From positions 128,001 to 192,000 of the forward strand of contig JBJMOW010000002.1 in the NCBI GenBank assembly GCA_045803545.1: 64,000 nt of DNA. The letters run 5' to 3'. Made by a program: the position numbers and the translations under genes. This DNA is from Gemmatimonadaceae bacterium. Its GTDB lineage: Bacteria > Gemmatimonadota > Gemmatimonadetes > Gemmatimonadales > Gemmatimonadaceae. Of the stretch, positions 49,636 to 59,217 are shown in pieces. Positions within the stretch are counted from its first letter, which is position 1. Each line of letters starts with the position of its first letter. Under the pieces are notes generated by a model that had not been told where the DNA came from, made no database searches, and saw only the letters and a program-made list of their open reading frames with translations.

Positions 49636-50897
49636 CTGCTCAGTCGATACACCGTCCACCAGACGGCGAGATTGATTGGAAGCGCCAAAGCGATGATTTC
49701 ACCGTTTTTCTCATTGAAGAACGGAATTCCCTGAGCGACAAAACCGAACAACGAAATCGCGGCAACCCATCCCGCCAACTTTACAGCGCGCGACTGCGCT
49801 TTGCGCGCGTAAATCGCGAGCGGGACCAGAACTACGAGGGCGATCGAGAGCGGATCGAAATGCATCAGGTTTTCGTTCCGCCCCATGAAGTAGTGCCGCG
49901 TGAAGAACCAGGCGAAGATCAACGCCAGTCCAGCGACACCGGCGATCAAGCTCCACAGCGTGCTCAGTGCGACTGCGCCGAACATCGCACCGCGGCTCCC
50001 ATGCTCCGCACTGCGCACGAGAATTACCAGCAGAGCGGCGTAGACGATCCCGACTCCGACAAAAATCCACAGATAATTCGGCGCCGAGGCGGGCTCCGGA
50101 GCGCGGCCCGCGATGAACAACGTCGACTCCGAGCGGACCAGTGGAATCTGATTGCCGACGCTGTCGGCGACTTTCACGCTGCGAATGTCGTTGGCCATTC
50201 GAACCGGGAGAAACATCTCCTCCCACATCGACAGCGGTTTGTCTGCGGGGCGGCCCAATGCGAGGGTCACTCCCGTGTACATCGGGAGATCGCCGGTCAT
50301 CAAACGCTGGGTGTGCCAACGGTAAGTGCCGGCTGTCATGCGCGAGACTGTAGCCGTTTGCAGCTGCCCGCTCAGCGCGTGGTCGAGAGCGTCGCGCAAA
50401 CGCGTCGAACAGTTGTCCCGGTAGTAGTCGTAGCGATAGAACTTGTTCTGGGGCAGTGCATTCAGCATCACGAATTGCTGGAGCTTGAGTCGCTGTGCCG
50501 GCGTCAGGTTGAGCTCCTGCGCCAGGATCGACCGATTAAATCGCTTGTAGTACGTGACCATCGGCTGCAGATCGATCGGCTCCATCCAGTACTTGGTGTC
50601 GCCGGTGACAAATCGCCAGATAAAATGCGGTTGATTGAAGTCGAACATGCCCCAGTTGTAGGTCATGTCGGTATGATGCGCGCGGTCCTTGATCCAGATC
50701 GCGTTGTGTCCAAAGCGCTCCCACACGGCATCTCCCCAGCCGAACGTCACGAGGTAGACCGTCAGTTCAGAGCCGGGCTCAGCGATCGATATTGTAGGCG
50801 GCGTCTGGGACGTCGCCGCCGGATCCTGGGCAGCGGTTCGTTGCGCTGTGAAGATCAGTATGAGCGCGAGGCAAACCGCAGCGGAACGAGTGCGCAT
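49596..50897 (-). CDS. DUF4105 (Lnb-like lipoprotein N-acyltransferase) membrane protein
   Basis: Signal peptide; ERFGHNAI, YNWGMFDF, YRYDYYRDNCSTR, EEMFLP; C-terminal TM bundle. Confidence 0.8.
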   Translation of the reverse strand: MRTRSAAVCLALILIFTAQRTAAQDPAATSQTPPTISIAEPGSELTVYLVTFGWGDAVWERFGHNAIWIKDRAHHTDMTYNWGMFDFNQPHFIWRFVTGDTKYWMEPIDLQPMVTYYKRFNRSILAQELNLTPAQRLKLQQFVMLNALPQNKFYRYDYYRDNCSTRLRDALDHALSGQLQTATVSRMTAGTYRWHTQRLMTGDLPMYTGVTLALGRPADKPLSMWEEMFLPVRMANDIRSVKVADSVGNQIPLVRSESTLFIAGRAPEPASAPNYLWIFVGVGIVYAALLVILVRSAEHGSRGAMFGAVALSTLWSLIAGVAGLALIFAWFFTRHYFMGRNENLMHFDPLSIALVVLVPLAIYARKAQSRAVKLAGWVAAISLFGFVAQGIPFFNEKNGEIIALALPINLAVWWTVYRLSSYRRISLPSSAAL

Positions 50898-50910
50898 ACT
50901 CGAAAGATGC

Positions 50911-50939
50911 AAAAAGGCTCACCATCTGGTGAGCCTTTG
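50911..50939 (-). terminator. Intrinsic terminator after hsp20
   Basis: AAAGGCTCACCA-TC-TGGTGAGCCTTT hairpin followed by a T run on the minus strand. Confidence 0.8.
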
Positions 50940-50957
50940 TCGAGTCCGGAAGAAACC

Positions 50958-51518
50958 TTACCGGGAGGCTGCGGCCATTTTCTCGCTATCGCGTTCACGC
51001 TGCGACGTCGTCGTCGAATTCTTGCCGGAGTTCTTTCCCGTCGATTGCTGGTTCGAGACGCTGCCGCTGCCCACGGTCGCCTGCTCTTTGTGCTGCGCGC
51101 CGCCGATCTGGATGCGCTTCGGCTGAGGTAGCGCTGCTTTCGGGATGCTGATGCTGAGGATGCCGTGCTCGAACTCACCCTTGATAAGGTCTTCGTTTAC
51201 CCCTTGGGGCAGCTGGAAGGTGCGCACGAAAGTGCCATAGGTCCGCTCGACGATTTGATACCGGTCGTCCTCCCCTTCCTTGCGCTCACTTCGCTTCTCG
51301 CCGCGGATGGTCAGGACGCCGTTCTCGGCGATGACTTCGACGTTCTCGGGCTTAAGGCCAGGTAGTTCGACATCGAGAGAGATCTCCTTCTCGTTCTCCT
51401 TGATGTCGACCGCCGGCGTGAAGCTGCCTCCCTCGCGGCCGAAGGTGTCTTCGAAAAGCCGGTCGATTTCGCGCCGGAGTCCGAAAACCGGGGCGCCCGT
51501 CGTCATTCTGTAGAGCAT
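50958..51518 (-). CDS. Small heat shock protein (Hsp20/alpha-crystallin)
   Basis: AGGAGA RBS; PAVDIKE, ELPGL, ERTYGTFVRTFQLP, HGILSISIPK, PKRIQI. Confidence 0.94.
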   Translation of the reverse strand: MLYRMTTGAPVFGLRREIDRLFEDTFGREGGSFTPAVDIKENEKEISLDVELPGLKPENVEVIAENGVLTIRGEKRSERKEGEDDRYQIVERTYGTFVRTFQLPQGVNEDLIKGEFEHGILSISIPKAALPQPKRIQIGGAQHKEQATVGSGSVSNQQSTGKNSGKNSTTTSQRERDSEKMAAASR

Positions 51519-51568
51519 TTTCGATCTCCTGTTGGATGGTTTGTTGAACTGAACGGCGACAGGAGAAG

Positions 51569-51583
51569 GCAACGGCTATACCG
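51569..51583 (-). promoter_or_regulatory. Putative sigma-54 promoter of hsp20
   Basis: Minus strand CGGTATAGCCGTTGC = GG-N10-GC with TTGC, about 50 bp upstream of the ATG. Confidence 0.6.
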
Positions 51584-51681
51584 CTCAAATCTTGCCGAAT
51601 TGGCAAAAGCGTCGGTCAAGCTGATTGACTCGTTTGCCAAATTTGCGGGCCGCCGGCAGGATGCGGTCGGTTCCCCTTAAC

Positions 51682-51710
51682 TTGTTTGTCGAGGCTGCTT
51701 TAGCTATAAT
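51682..51710 (+). promoter_or_regulatory. Putative sigma-70 promoter of the rpmE-prfA-prmC operon
   Basis: TTGTTT-N17-TATAAT. Confidence 0.65.
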
Positions 51711-51745
51711 TCACAGCTGTTCCCGAGAACCGAGAGAATCCGAAA

Positions 51746-51970
51746 ATGAAGCCCGACATTCATCCAGTGTACGCGACCGCGACCGTTCGTTGCGCGTGCG
51801 GAAACACATACCAGACCCGCTCGACCCAGGCAGAGATCCATACCGATATCTGCGCCCAGTGCCACCCTTTCTTCACGGGCAAGCAGAAGCTTGTCGATAC
51901 CGCGGGACGCGTTGAGCGCTTCCGTCAGAAATACGGCAAGCAGACCGCTGGCTCCAGCTCTGAAAGCTGA
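51746..51970 (+). CDS. rpmE: 50S ribosomal protein L31 (zinc-binding type)
   Basis: [30 protein letters not shown]. Confidence 0.96.
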   Translation: MKPDIHPVYATATVRCACGNTYQTRSTQAEIHTDICAQCHPFFTGKQKLVDTAGRVERFRQKYGKQTAGSSSES

Positions 51971-51984
51971 GTCTGCGCGACCGG

Positions 51985-53031
51985 GTGAGAGACGCGATTG
52001 CGCGTTTCTCCGAGGTAGAGCGAGAGCTCTCTGATCCAAAGACCGTAAAGGACCAGCAACGCATGGCGGCGCTGGGCCGCGAACACCGGCATCTCCAGCC
52101 GCTGGTCGAAATGGGGAACAAGCTCGAGAAATACGAGCACGAGCTCGCGGAAACCCGCGAGCTCGTGGATTCAGATGACCCCGAGATGGCGCAGGAAGCG
52201 AAAGCAGAAGCCACTCGTCTCGAGAAATCCATCGACGAGATTCTGGATCGCATTAAGCCGGCACTCATTCCGCACGATCCGCTCGATGATCGTCCCGCAA
52301 TCATCGAGATCCGCGGCGGTACCGGAGGTGATGAAGCAGCGCTGTTTGCCGCCGACCTCTATCGCATGTACACTCGGTTCGCCGAAGGCCGCGGCTGGCG
52401 CATCGAGATCATCTCGCTGTCGGACGGCACCCTGGGCGGGATCAAGGAAGCAATCTTCAAGATTAAAGGCGGCGGCGCCTACGGTGCAATGCGTTGGGAA
52501 TCAGGTGTGCATCGCGTGCAGCGCGTTCCGGTCACTGAGAATCAGGGTCGGATCCACACCTCTGCGGCAACCGTGGCGGTACTTCCGGAAGCGGAGGAGA
52601 TCGATCTCAAGATCGAGGACAAGGATCTTCGCATCGACGTCTTTCGTTCTTCCGGCCCCGGCGGCCAGAGCGTGAACACCACCGATTCCGCCGTCCGCAT
52701 CACCCACATTCCGAGCGGCATCGTCGTCAGCCAGCAGGATCAGAAGTCGCAGCTTCAAAACAAACTGAAGGCGATGGAAGTGCTGCGTGCGCGTTTGCTG
52801 GATGCAAAGATCGCCGAGCAGGAAGCGGAGCGTGCGCGGATGCGGAAGACGCAGGTTGGAACTGGCGATCGATCAGCTAAGATTCGTACGTACAACTATC
52901 CGCAGAATCGCGTTACCGACCATCGCATCAATCTCACCTTGCACGAGTTGACCAAGGTTGTCGACGGTGACATCGAGCAGTTCATCGACGCTTTGAAGGT
53001 GGCTGACGTCGAGGAGAGGTTGGGTGAGTAA
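51985..53031 (+). CDS. prfA: Peptide chain release factor 1
   Basis: GTGGDEAALFA, PVT recognition motif (RVPVTE), GPGGQSVNTTDSAVR; exact start uncertain. Confidence 0.95.
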   Translation: MRDAIARFSEVERELSDPKTVKDQQRMAALGREHRHLQPLVEMGNKLEKYEHELAETRELVDSDDPEMAQEAKAEATRLEKSIDEILDRIKPALIPHDPLDDRPAIIEIRGGTGGDEAALFAADLYRMYTRFAEGRGWRIEIISLSDGTLGGIKEAIFKIKGGGAYGAMRWESGVHRVQRVPVTENQGRIHTSAATVAVLPEAEEIDLKIEDKDLRIDVFRSSGPGGQSVNTTDSAVRITHIPSGIVVSQQDQKSQLQNKLKAMEVLRARLLDAKIAEQEAERARMRKTQVGTGDRSAKIRTYNYPQNRVTDHRINLTLHELTKVVDGDIEQFIDALKVADVEERLGE

Positions 53032-53920
53032 GGGCGCCTCGCCGTTTTTCGTAAAATCACTGCCGATCGGGACGATCGGCGATTTACTCGAAGGCTGCGC
53101 CGCGATGCTCGAGTCGGAGGGCCTTCCCGACGCGCAACACGAGACGCGCGAAATATTCGCTGCCGTTCTGGATGTACCACGCTTCTGGGCTGCCGCGAAT
53201 TCTGTGGCTAACGCATCGCCTGAGGTCGTGCTATCGATCGTCCGCGCGGCGATTCTGCGCGCCAAAGGAGCGCCGCTCGCATATGCAGCTGGGCGCGCCG
53301 CGTTCAGGCATCTGACGCTCGAAGTCGACGAGCGTGTGTTGATACCGCGCGTCGAGACGGAGGTGCTGGTCGATCGAGTTCTCGAGCGCGTGCATGCCGA
53401 CTCTGGCATCATCGCTGACATCGGAACGGGCTCCGGAGCGATCGCGCTTTCACTCGCGTTCGAGGCCAATTTCGATCGCGTTTACGCGACTGACATTTCG
53501 CTCGATGCGCTCCAGGTCGCGACAGCCAACGCGGCTTCGCTCGCGAAGGTGCTGAAATCCGCGGTTGAGTTTCGTCACGGCTCGCTGCTTGCCCCTCTAA
53601 AGGGAGTGAAGCTCGACGCGGTCATATGCAATCCGCCGTACATAAGTTTTGCCGAGTTGATAGATCTGCCGCGCGACGTACGTGACTGGGAGCCGTCGAT
53701 TGCGCTCCTATCGGCGAACGATGGTCTCGCCGCAACGAGAGAGCTGGTTCGAACGGCGCCGCTACAGCTTGCCAGGCGTGGTTTGCTGGCGCTCGAAGTC
53801 GACACGCGCCGCGCCGGGAGTGTCGCGGAAATGATTTCTGTCGACGGGCGTTATACCGATGTGGAAGTGTTGCTCGATCTTACGGGCCGCGAGCGATTCG
53901 TGCTCGCTCGACGCGCCTAA
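53024..53920 (+). CDS. prmC: Release factor glutamine methyltransferase
   Basis: VLIPRVETE, DIGTGSGAIA, NPPY; follows prfA. Confidence 0.93.
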   Translation: MSKGASPFFVKSLPIGTIGDLLEGCAAMLESEGLPDAQHETREIFAAVLDVPRFWAAANSVANASPEVVLSIVRAAILRAKGAPLAYAAGRAAFRHLTLEVDERVLIPRVETEVLVDRVLERVHADSGIIADIGTGSGAIALSLAFEANFDRVYATDISLDALQVATANAASLAKVLKSAVEFRHGSLLAPLKGVKLDAVICNPPYISFAELIDLPRDVRDWEPSIALLSANDGLAATRELVRTAPLQLARRGLLALEVDTRRAGSVAEMISVDGRYTDVEVLLDLTGRERFVLARRA

Positions 53921-53932
53921 CGGAGGAAGTGG

Positions 53933-54286
53933 ATGCTGGAAGACAAAGCAAAGGACCTGGGCCGACAGATTGGGCAGAGTCCTGAATATCAGGCGCTGAA
54001 ACGATCGAGCGACGCGCTCAACGAAGACCGCGAGTCTGTGGCGCTGCTGCAGCAGATGGAAAAGCTGCGCGGGGAGGCACAGCAATTGATTCAGAGCGGC
54101 GAGACGCCAACGGAGGAGATGGAGAAGCAGCTCGACGAGCTCCTCGAGAAGATTCAGGGTCAGCAGACCTATCAGCGCGCTGTATCCTCGCAGGAGAACT
54201 TCGACAAGCTGATGCTGCGCGTTAATCAGTGGATTATGGATGGCATGAAGAAAGGGGCGGCGAGTCCCATCATCACGCTTTCCTGA
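53933..54286 (+). CDS. YlbF/YmcA-family regulator
   Basis: KAKDLGRQIGQSPEYQALK helical pattern; GGAGG RBS. Confidence 0.75.
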   Translation: MLEDKAKDLGRQIGQSPEYQALKRSSDALNEDRESVALLQQMEKLRGEAQQLIQSGETPTEEMEKQLDELLEKIQGQQTYQRAVSSQENFDKLMLRVNQWIMDGMKKGAASPIITLS

Positions 54287-54326
54287 GCTGCGCGTCCACG
54301 CTTCCACGCCCCACGAAACTTTGAAA

Positions 54327-54992
54327 ATGGCTCGCGGCAAGCTGATTGTGCTGGAGGGTGTAGAGGGCGTGGGTAAGACCACCCAGGTCAAGCTACTCGC
54401 TGAACGACTTACCACAGCAGGTGTTCAGTGCGTCGCACTCCGAGAGCCAGGTGGGACGCCCGTCGGCGACGACATCAGAGAAATTCTGCTCCGACCCGAA
54501 CAGGAAATAACCGCGCCGACGGAAGCGCTGCTGTTCATGGCGTCTCGCGCCGAGTTGATATCGCGTGAGATTGTGCCGTCACTGGAGCAGGGAATGGTGG
54601 TGCTGCTTGATCGGTTTTTCCTATCTACGTACGCCTATCAGGTCCATGGTCGCGGGCTTCCTGAGGCAGAGATTCGAGCGGCCAACCGGTTGGCCACCGG
54701 TGGACTCGTTCCAGACCTGACGTTGTTACTGGATCTGCCGGCCGGCGAAGGTCTTGCCCGCGCTGACAGTCGCGGTGCGCTGGACCGGATGGAACGAGCT
54801 GACGACGCGTTTCATCAAAGGGTCGGGAACGCTTTTCGCGAGTTCGCCAGATCGAGTTGGCAACACTCCCATCCCGAGTGTGGACCAATCAAGTTGATAG
54901 AAGCGAAGGGCGATCAGGCGGCAATAAACCAGAAGATCACTGCCGTGCTTGCCGCCACTTTCGCGCAACCTTTCGCTGTGCTCAAGGTTTAA
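54327..54992 (+). CDS. tmk: Thymidylate kinase
   Basis: LEGVEGVGKTTQ, REPGGT, LLFMASRA, DRFFLSTYAYQ, PDLTLLLD. Confidence 0.95.
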   Translation: MARGKLIVLEGVEGVGKTTQVKLLAERLTTAGVQCVALREPGGTPVGDDIREILLRPEQEITAPTEALLFMASRAELISREIVPSLEQGMVVLLDRFFLSTYAYQVHGRGLPEAEIRAANRLATGGLVPDLTLLLDLPAGEGLARADSRGALDRMERADDAFHQRVGNAFREFARSSWQHSHPECGPIKLIEAKGDQAAINQKITAVLAATFAQPFAVLKV

Positions 54993-54997
54993 CAACG

Positions 54998-56635
54998 ATG
55001 AATATCAAGTTTCCCAGCGCGTCCACACGCTCGAGGACGCTGATCGTAGCCGGTACCATGCTTGGGGCGCTCATCACCGGTGGTTGGCTGCTCCAGCGCG
55101 GTGCGCACACGGGCACCTTCACCGCGTACGAAGGTGCGCGCTTGTTCGAGAGTGTGTTCCGTCGGATTCAAACCGACTACGTCGATACAGTCGCGGATTC
55201 GGCTCTCTATCGGAAATCAGTCGACGGCATGCTCTACGAGCTGCGCGACCCATACTCCACTTTTCTGCCGCCGGATCGGTTTGCGCGTCTGAACGAGAGC
55301 ACGACCGGCAACTACGCCGGGTTAGGCATCGAGGTCGATTTGCGCGATGGCTGGCTGATTGTGGTTGCTCCGCTTCCTGGCGGATCCGCTGAGCGCGCCG
55401 GAATTCAGCCGGGTGATCGCATCATCGAGATCGGCGGTCGCTCGACGAAAGGCTGGACGAACGAAGAAGCATCGAGAGTTTTGCGCGGCAAGCCCGGAAC
55501 GCTGGTGTCGATCAAGGTGGAGCGGCCCGGTATCGTCCAGCCGCTCGAGCTGAGGCTGGAGCGAACGACGATCCACCAGAGTGCTGTGCGGCGGACGGCA
55601 ATGCTGAGCGACGGTGTTGGCTACATCGACCTCAAGGCGTTCAGTGACTCGACCGCCAATGAGCTGAATAACGGAATCGGCACACTGCTCGGCCGCGGGA
55701 TGAAGACACTCGTTCTGGATCTGCGCACGAATCCCGGCGGATTGCTGACGCAGGGAGTGCGCGTCGCCGATCTCTTTCTCAATCAGGGACAGAAGATCGT
55801 CAGCATGCGGGGCAGGGTTCCTGACGCCAATCGAGAGTACGCCGACACCGCGAAGCAGACCTGGCCTCAACTGCCGCTGATGGTGTTGGTCGACAGTCGC
55901 AGCGCTAGCGCGGCTGAGATCGTTGCTGGCGCGCTCCAGGATCATGATCGCGCTGTGATCATCGGCCAGCCGACGTACGGAAAGGGAAGCGCGCAAAGCG
56001 TGATCCCGTTCGGCGATCAAGGCGGACTCAAAATCACGACCGCGCGCTGGTTCACGCCGGTTGGCCGCTCGATTACGAAGGTGCGTCCTAGTGACGACGA
56101 TGACGAGCCGGCGCCGGTAAAGAAGGAGCGCTTCCGCACCGATGCAGGCCGCGTAGTTTTTGGTGGCGGTGGAATCACTCCCGACGTATTCGCCGGCGAC
56201 ACTATTGCTCCAGCAGCGGAGACCGAATTCCTGCGCGCGCTTGGCGCGCAGACATCGCGCTTCCGCGACGCGATCACCGATTTCGCGCTCAACCTCAAGG
56301 CGACTCATGCGATTACGACACCTGATTTCGTGGTGGTGCCGGCGATGCGGGAGGAGATCTGGAACAGGATGCGCGCGCGCGGCATTGATATCCAGCGGAG
56401 TGTGTTCGACGAAGCCCACGCGCTCGTCGACCGGCAGCTCTCGTATGAGATTGCGAGGTATGTGTTCGGCAGTGACGCCGAGTTCCGTCGTCGCGCGTCC
56501 GAGGACAAGGTTCTGCAGAAGGCGCTGGACCTGGCGCGCGGAGCTCGGTCGGAGCAGGACTTGTTGCGACGCGCAACCGCCCAGGCCCCGGCTGACACGT
56601 CTGAAGCAGTCGCAGGTGGCGGCGGGGGCCGGTGA
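54998..56635 (+). CDS. ctpA: S41 carboxy-terminal processing protease
   Basis: DPYSTF, PDZ (GLGIEV), LDLRTNPGG, SASAAEIVAGALQD, TYGKGSAQ, GGITPD. Confidence 0.92.
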   Translation: MNIKFPSASTRSRTLIVAGTMLGALITGGWLLQRGAHTGTFTAYEGARLFESVFRRIQTDYVDTVADSALYRKSVDGMLYELRDPYSTFLPPDRFARLNESTTGNYAGLGIEVDLRDGWLIVVAPLPGGSAERAGIQPGDRIIEIGGRSTKGWTNEEASRVLRGKPGTLVSIKVERPGIVQPLELRLERTTIHQSAVRRTAMLSDGVGYIDLKAFSDSTANELNNGIGTLLGRGMKTLVLDLRTNPGGLLTQGVRVADLFLNQGQKIVSMRGRVPDANREYADTAKQTWPQLPLMVLVDSRSASAAEIVAGALQDHDRAVIIGQPTYGKGSAQSVIPFGDQGGLKITTARWFTPVGRSITKVRPSDDDDEPAPVKKERFRTDAGRVVFGGGGITPDVFAGDTIAPAAETEFLRALGAQTSRFRDAITDFALNLKATHAITTPDFVVVPAMREEIWNRMRARGIDIQRSVFDEAHALVDRQLSYEIARYVFGSDAEFRRRASEDKVLQKALDLARGARSEQDLLRRATAQAPADTSEAVAGGGGGR

Positions 56636-57492
56636 GCGAGCGCGTCTTCATCATCGGACCAGGTCACGTCGGGCGCGGACTCTTCCGCGCCTTTCGCGCA
56701 TCAGGAGTCGAAGTCGTCGGCCTGCATGGGAAGCGACCTTCTGGAGTCGCGACGTCCAGCGGCGACATTCCCAAAGATGCGTCGCAGGCCAACGTCGTCA
56801 TCATCTGCGTGCGCGATGCCCAGCTCGATGATACGATCCAGGAAGTGGCTACCGCCGCGCGCGACGGGCGGATCGCGCGAGGAACCGTGGTGCTGCACAC
56901 GTCGGCGATTGCCGAGCCCACCGGCCTACAGGGGCTATCGAGCGCCGGATATCCTGGTGGGACTTTCCATCCCCTGGTTCCGTTTAGCGATCCCGAAGTC
57001 TCCGCCGAACTCCTGCGCAGAGCATGGATCGGGATCGATGGCGAAAACGCCGCCAAGAACGCCTCGCGCCGTATCGCTGGCCATCTGGGCGCACGCACTC
57101 TTGAGATTCCACCTGGTCGCAAGCCTGCGTATCATGCTGCCGCGGTAATCTCGAGCAACTTCCCCGTCGTGCTGGCGTCGGTCGCCGGCCATTTGTTGCA
57201 CGACATCGGCATTCCGGACGCCAGTGCGTACCAGGCCGTGGACAGTCTGATGAGCGGCGCAATCGCCAACATGAAGCAGACGCTGCCCGACGATGCGCTG
57301 ACGGGCCCGGTTGTTCGGGGCGACGCGGAGACAGTCGGCAAGCATCTCCGCGCGCTCGAAGGGATGGAGTCGGCGCGCCAGGTCTACCGCGCCCTGTCGA
57401 GCGCGGCCGTCGAGATCGCGCGCCGAGCTGGGACCGATCCTCGCAAGCTCGCCGCCGTCGGAGCGTTGCTGCGTCCGACGGCCAAGAACTAG
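56632..57492 (+). CDS. Rossmann-like/DUF2520 oxidoreductase (PanG-like)
   Basis: IIGPGHVG, LHTS, FHPL, YHAAAVISSNF, ALTGPVVRGD. Confidence 0.85.
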   Translation: MSERVFIIGPGHVGRGLFRAFRASGVEVVGLHGKRPSGVATSSGDIPKDASQANVVIICVRDAQLDDTIQEVATAARDGRIARGTVVLHTSAIAEPTGLQGLSSAGYPGGTFHPLVPFSDPEVSAELLRRAWIGIDGENAAKNASRRIAGHLGARTLEIPPGRKPAYHAAAVISSNFPVVLASVAGHLLHDIGIPDASAYQAVDSLMSGAIANMKQTLPDDALTGPVVRGDAETVGKHLRALEGMESARQVYRALSSAAVEIARRAGTDPRKLAAVGALLRPTAKN

Positions 57493-58154
57493 AAGTCGGC
57501 CAGGCCCTGCTGGTCAACGATCTTCACGCCTTTGGGCGGCGCGAAGCGGAAATTGCCTGACGACAACGAAGGATTGGAGGTGAAGCGCGTGATCACGACC
57601 CGCCGCCGCAATCCATTGGGACTCTCGACGTCGAACTGTCGGATGCTCGAATCCGAGTCGTCGATCCAGACCTTCGCGCTGCGGAGCTGATTGTTGGAGC
57701 GCTTCGGCACCAGCGTAACGATGTGAGTCGGTCGGCCGCCGATTGTACCGCTCCCACCGCTCGTGACAGTGAATCTCGTACGCGGCGAATTGAGAAACTG
57801 ATCGGCCGGATCTACTGAACCAGCAGCGGCAATGTTGTACGGGATCCGCATTACCTGATCCGGTACGCTGCTCGGCAAGTATGCCCAAAGCGTAGAGCCA
57901 TCGGCAACGACACGATCGCCGCTGTCGAAAGTGATGCTGAGAAGATTTGGCTTCTTGCGCAGGATGACGCCGCTGGTAGTCTGCGTGCTGCCCGTCAGTG
58001 GATTGGTAAGGGTCTGACGAAATTCAGCGCGCATGCTGCCGAGGCGCGCGTACGCCGCGGCCGCACGATCGATGATGGCGTCAGCGCTCTGAGCGCGCGC
58101 ATTGGTCGAAAGCGCCGCACACGCAATCGCTGAAATGAGGATGATCTTTTTCAT
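57489..58154 (-). CDS. lolA: Outer-membrane lipoprotein carrier LolA family
   Basis: Signal peptide; RAEFRQ, KKPNLL, VADGSTLWAY, FRFAPPKGVKIVD. Confidence 0.8.
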   Translation of the reverse strand: MKKIILISAIACAALSTNARAQSADAIIDRAAAAYARLGSMRAEFRQTLTNPLTGSTQTTSGVILRKKPNLLSITFDSGDRVVADGSTLWAYLPSSVPDQVMRIPYNIAAAGSVDPADQFLNSPRTRFTVTSGGSGTIGGRPTHIVTLVPKRSNNQLRSAKVWIDDSDSSIRQFDVESPNGLRRRVVITRFTSNPSLSSGNFRFAPPKGVKIVDQQGLADF

Positions 58155-58176
58155 ATGTGCGGTACACTGGCAGGCC

Positions 58177-59217
58177 CTATGCCGTTCCTGCCTTCGCAAC
58201 TGGTACGGAACGTCCGATAGCGGCGGCCACAGCGCGCAGCTCTCCGACGAGTTGCGTGAATTGATCGGGGTAGAGCGACTGCGCGCCATCGGACAGCGCA
58301 CGATCCGGCTCCGGATGGACTTCGATCATAACTCCATCCGCACCGGCCGCAACGGCGGCACGCGCCATGGGAATGACCTTGTCGCGCAACCCAGTTCCGT
58401 GACTCGGGTCGGCGATGATCGGCAGATGTGACAGCCTGTGCACGATCGGCACTGCGGTGAGATCGAACATGTTTCGTGCAGCCGGGTCAAAGCTGCGCAC
58501 TCCGCGCTCACACAAAATGACGTCGTTGTTGCCTTCGGCGAGAATGTATTCCGCGCTCAACAACAGCTCGTTGATGGTCGCCGCCATGCCGCGCTTGAGC
58601 AGCACCGGCTTTTTCAGTTTTCCAACGCACTTGAGCAACGAATAATTCTGCATGTTGCGCGCGCCGATCTGGATGCAGTCGGCGTGTTCGGCAACGAGCT
58701 GCGCACCTTCGGCATCCATCGCTTCAGTGACGACCGGCAGACCGCACGCTTTCCCGGCGCGGGCGAGCAACTCCAGGCCCTTTTTGCCGAGCCCCTGGAA
58801 CGAATACGGTGAGCTGCGCGGCTTGAACGCGCCGCCACGCAGCGCGGTGCCTCCGGCGCCTTTGACGATGCGCGCGGCAGACATGATCTGCTCTTCCGAC
58901 TCGACTGAGCATGGTCCGCCAATTACCACGACTGAATCACCACCCACCATCACACCGTGACCGAGGTCGACGATGGTGTTCTCGTTTTTCCACTCGCGCG
59001 AGACCTGCTTATACGGTTGGGTGACGTGGATGACCTGCGCCACCCCCGGCAGTGCCTCGAGTCGCGAGCCGTCGACACGACCGTCATTGCCGACGAGCCC
59101 GACGGCGGTGCGTTGCGCGCCCGGCATCGGCCGGGCCTCGTAACCCATCTCCTGAATAATTGCTACCACGCGCTCAACGTCTTTCGACGTCGCGTCGTGC
59201 TGCATTACAACTAGCAT
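58177..59217 (-). CDS. aroF: 3-deoxy-7-phosphoheptulonate (DAHP) synthase, type I-beta with N-terminal regulatory domain
   Basis: [51 protein letters not shown]. Confidence 0.95.
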   Translation of the reverse strand: MLVVMQHDATSKDVERVVAIIQEMGYEARPMPGAQRTAVGLVGNDGRVDGSRLEALPGVAQVIHVTQPYKQVSREWKNENTIVDLGHGVMVGGDSVVVIGGPCSVESEEQIMSAARIVKGAGGTALRGGAFKPRSSPYSFQGLGKKGLELLARAGKACGLPVVTEAMDAEGAQLVAEHADCIQIGARNMQNYSLLKCVGKLKKPVLLKRGMAATINELLLSAEYILAEGNNDVILCERGVRSFDPAARNMFDLTAVPIVHRLSHLPIIADPSHGTGLRDKVIPMARAAVAAGADGVMIEVHPEPDRALSDGAQSLYPDQFTQLVGELRAVAAAIGRSVPVAKAGTA

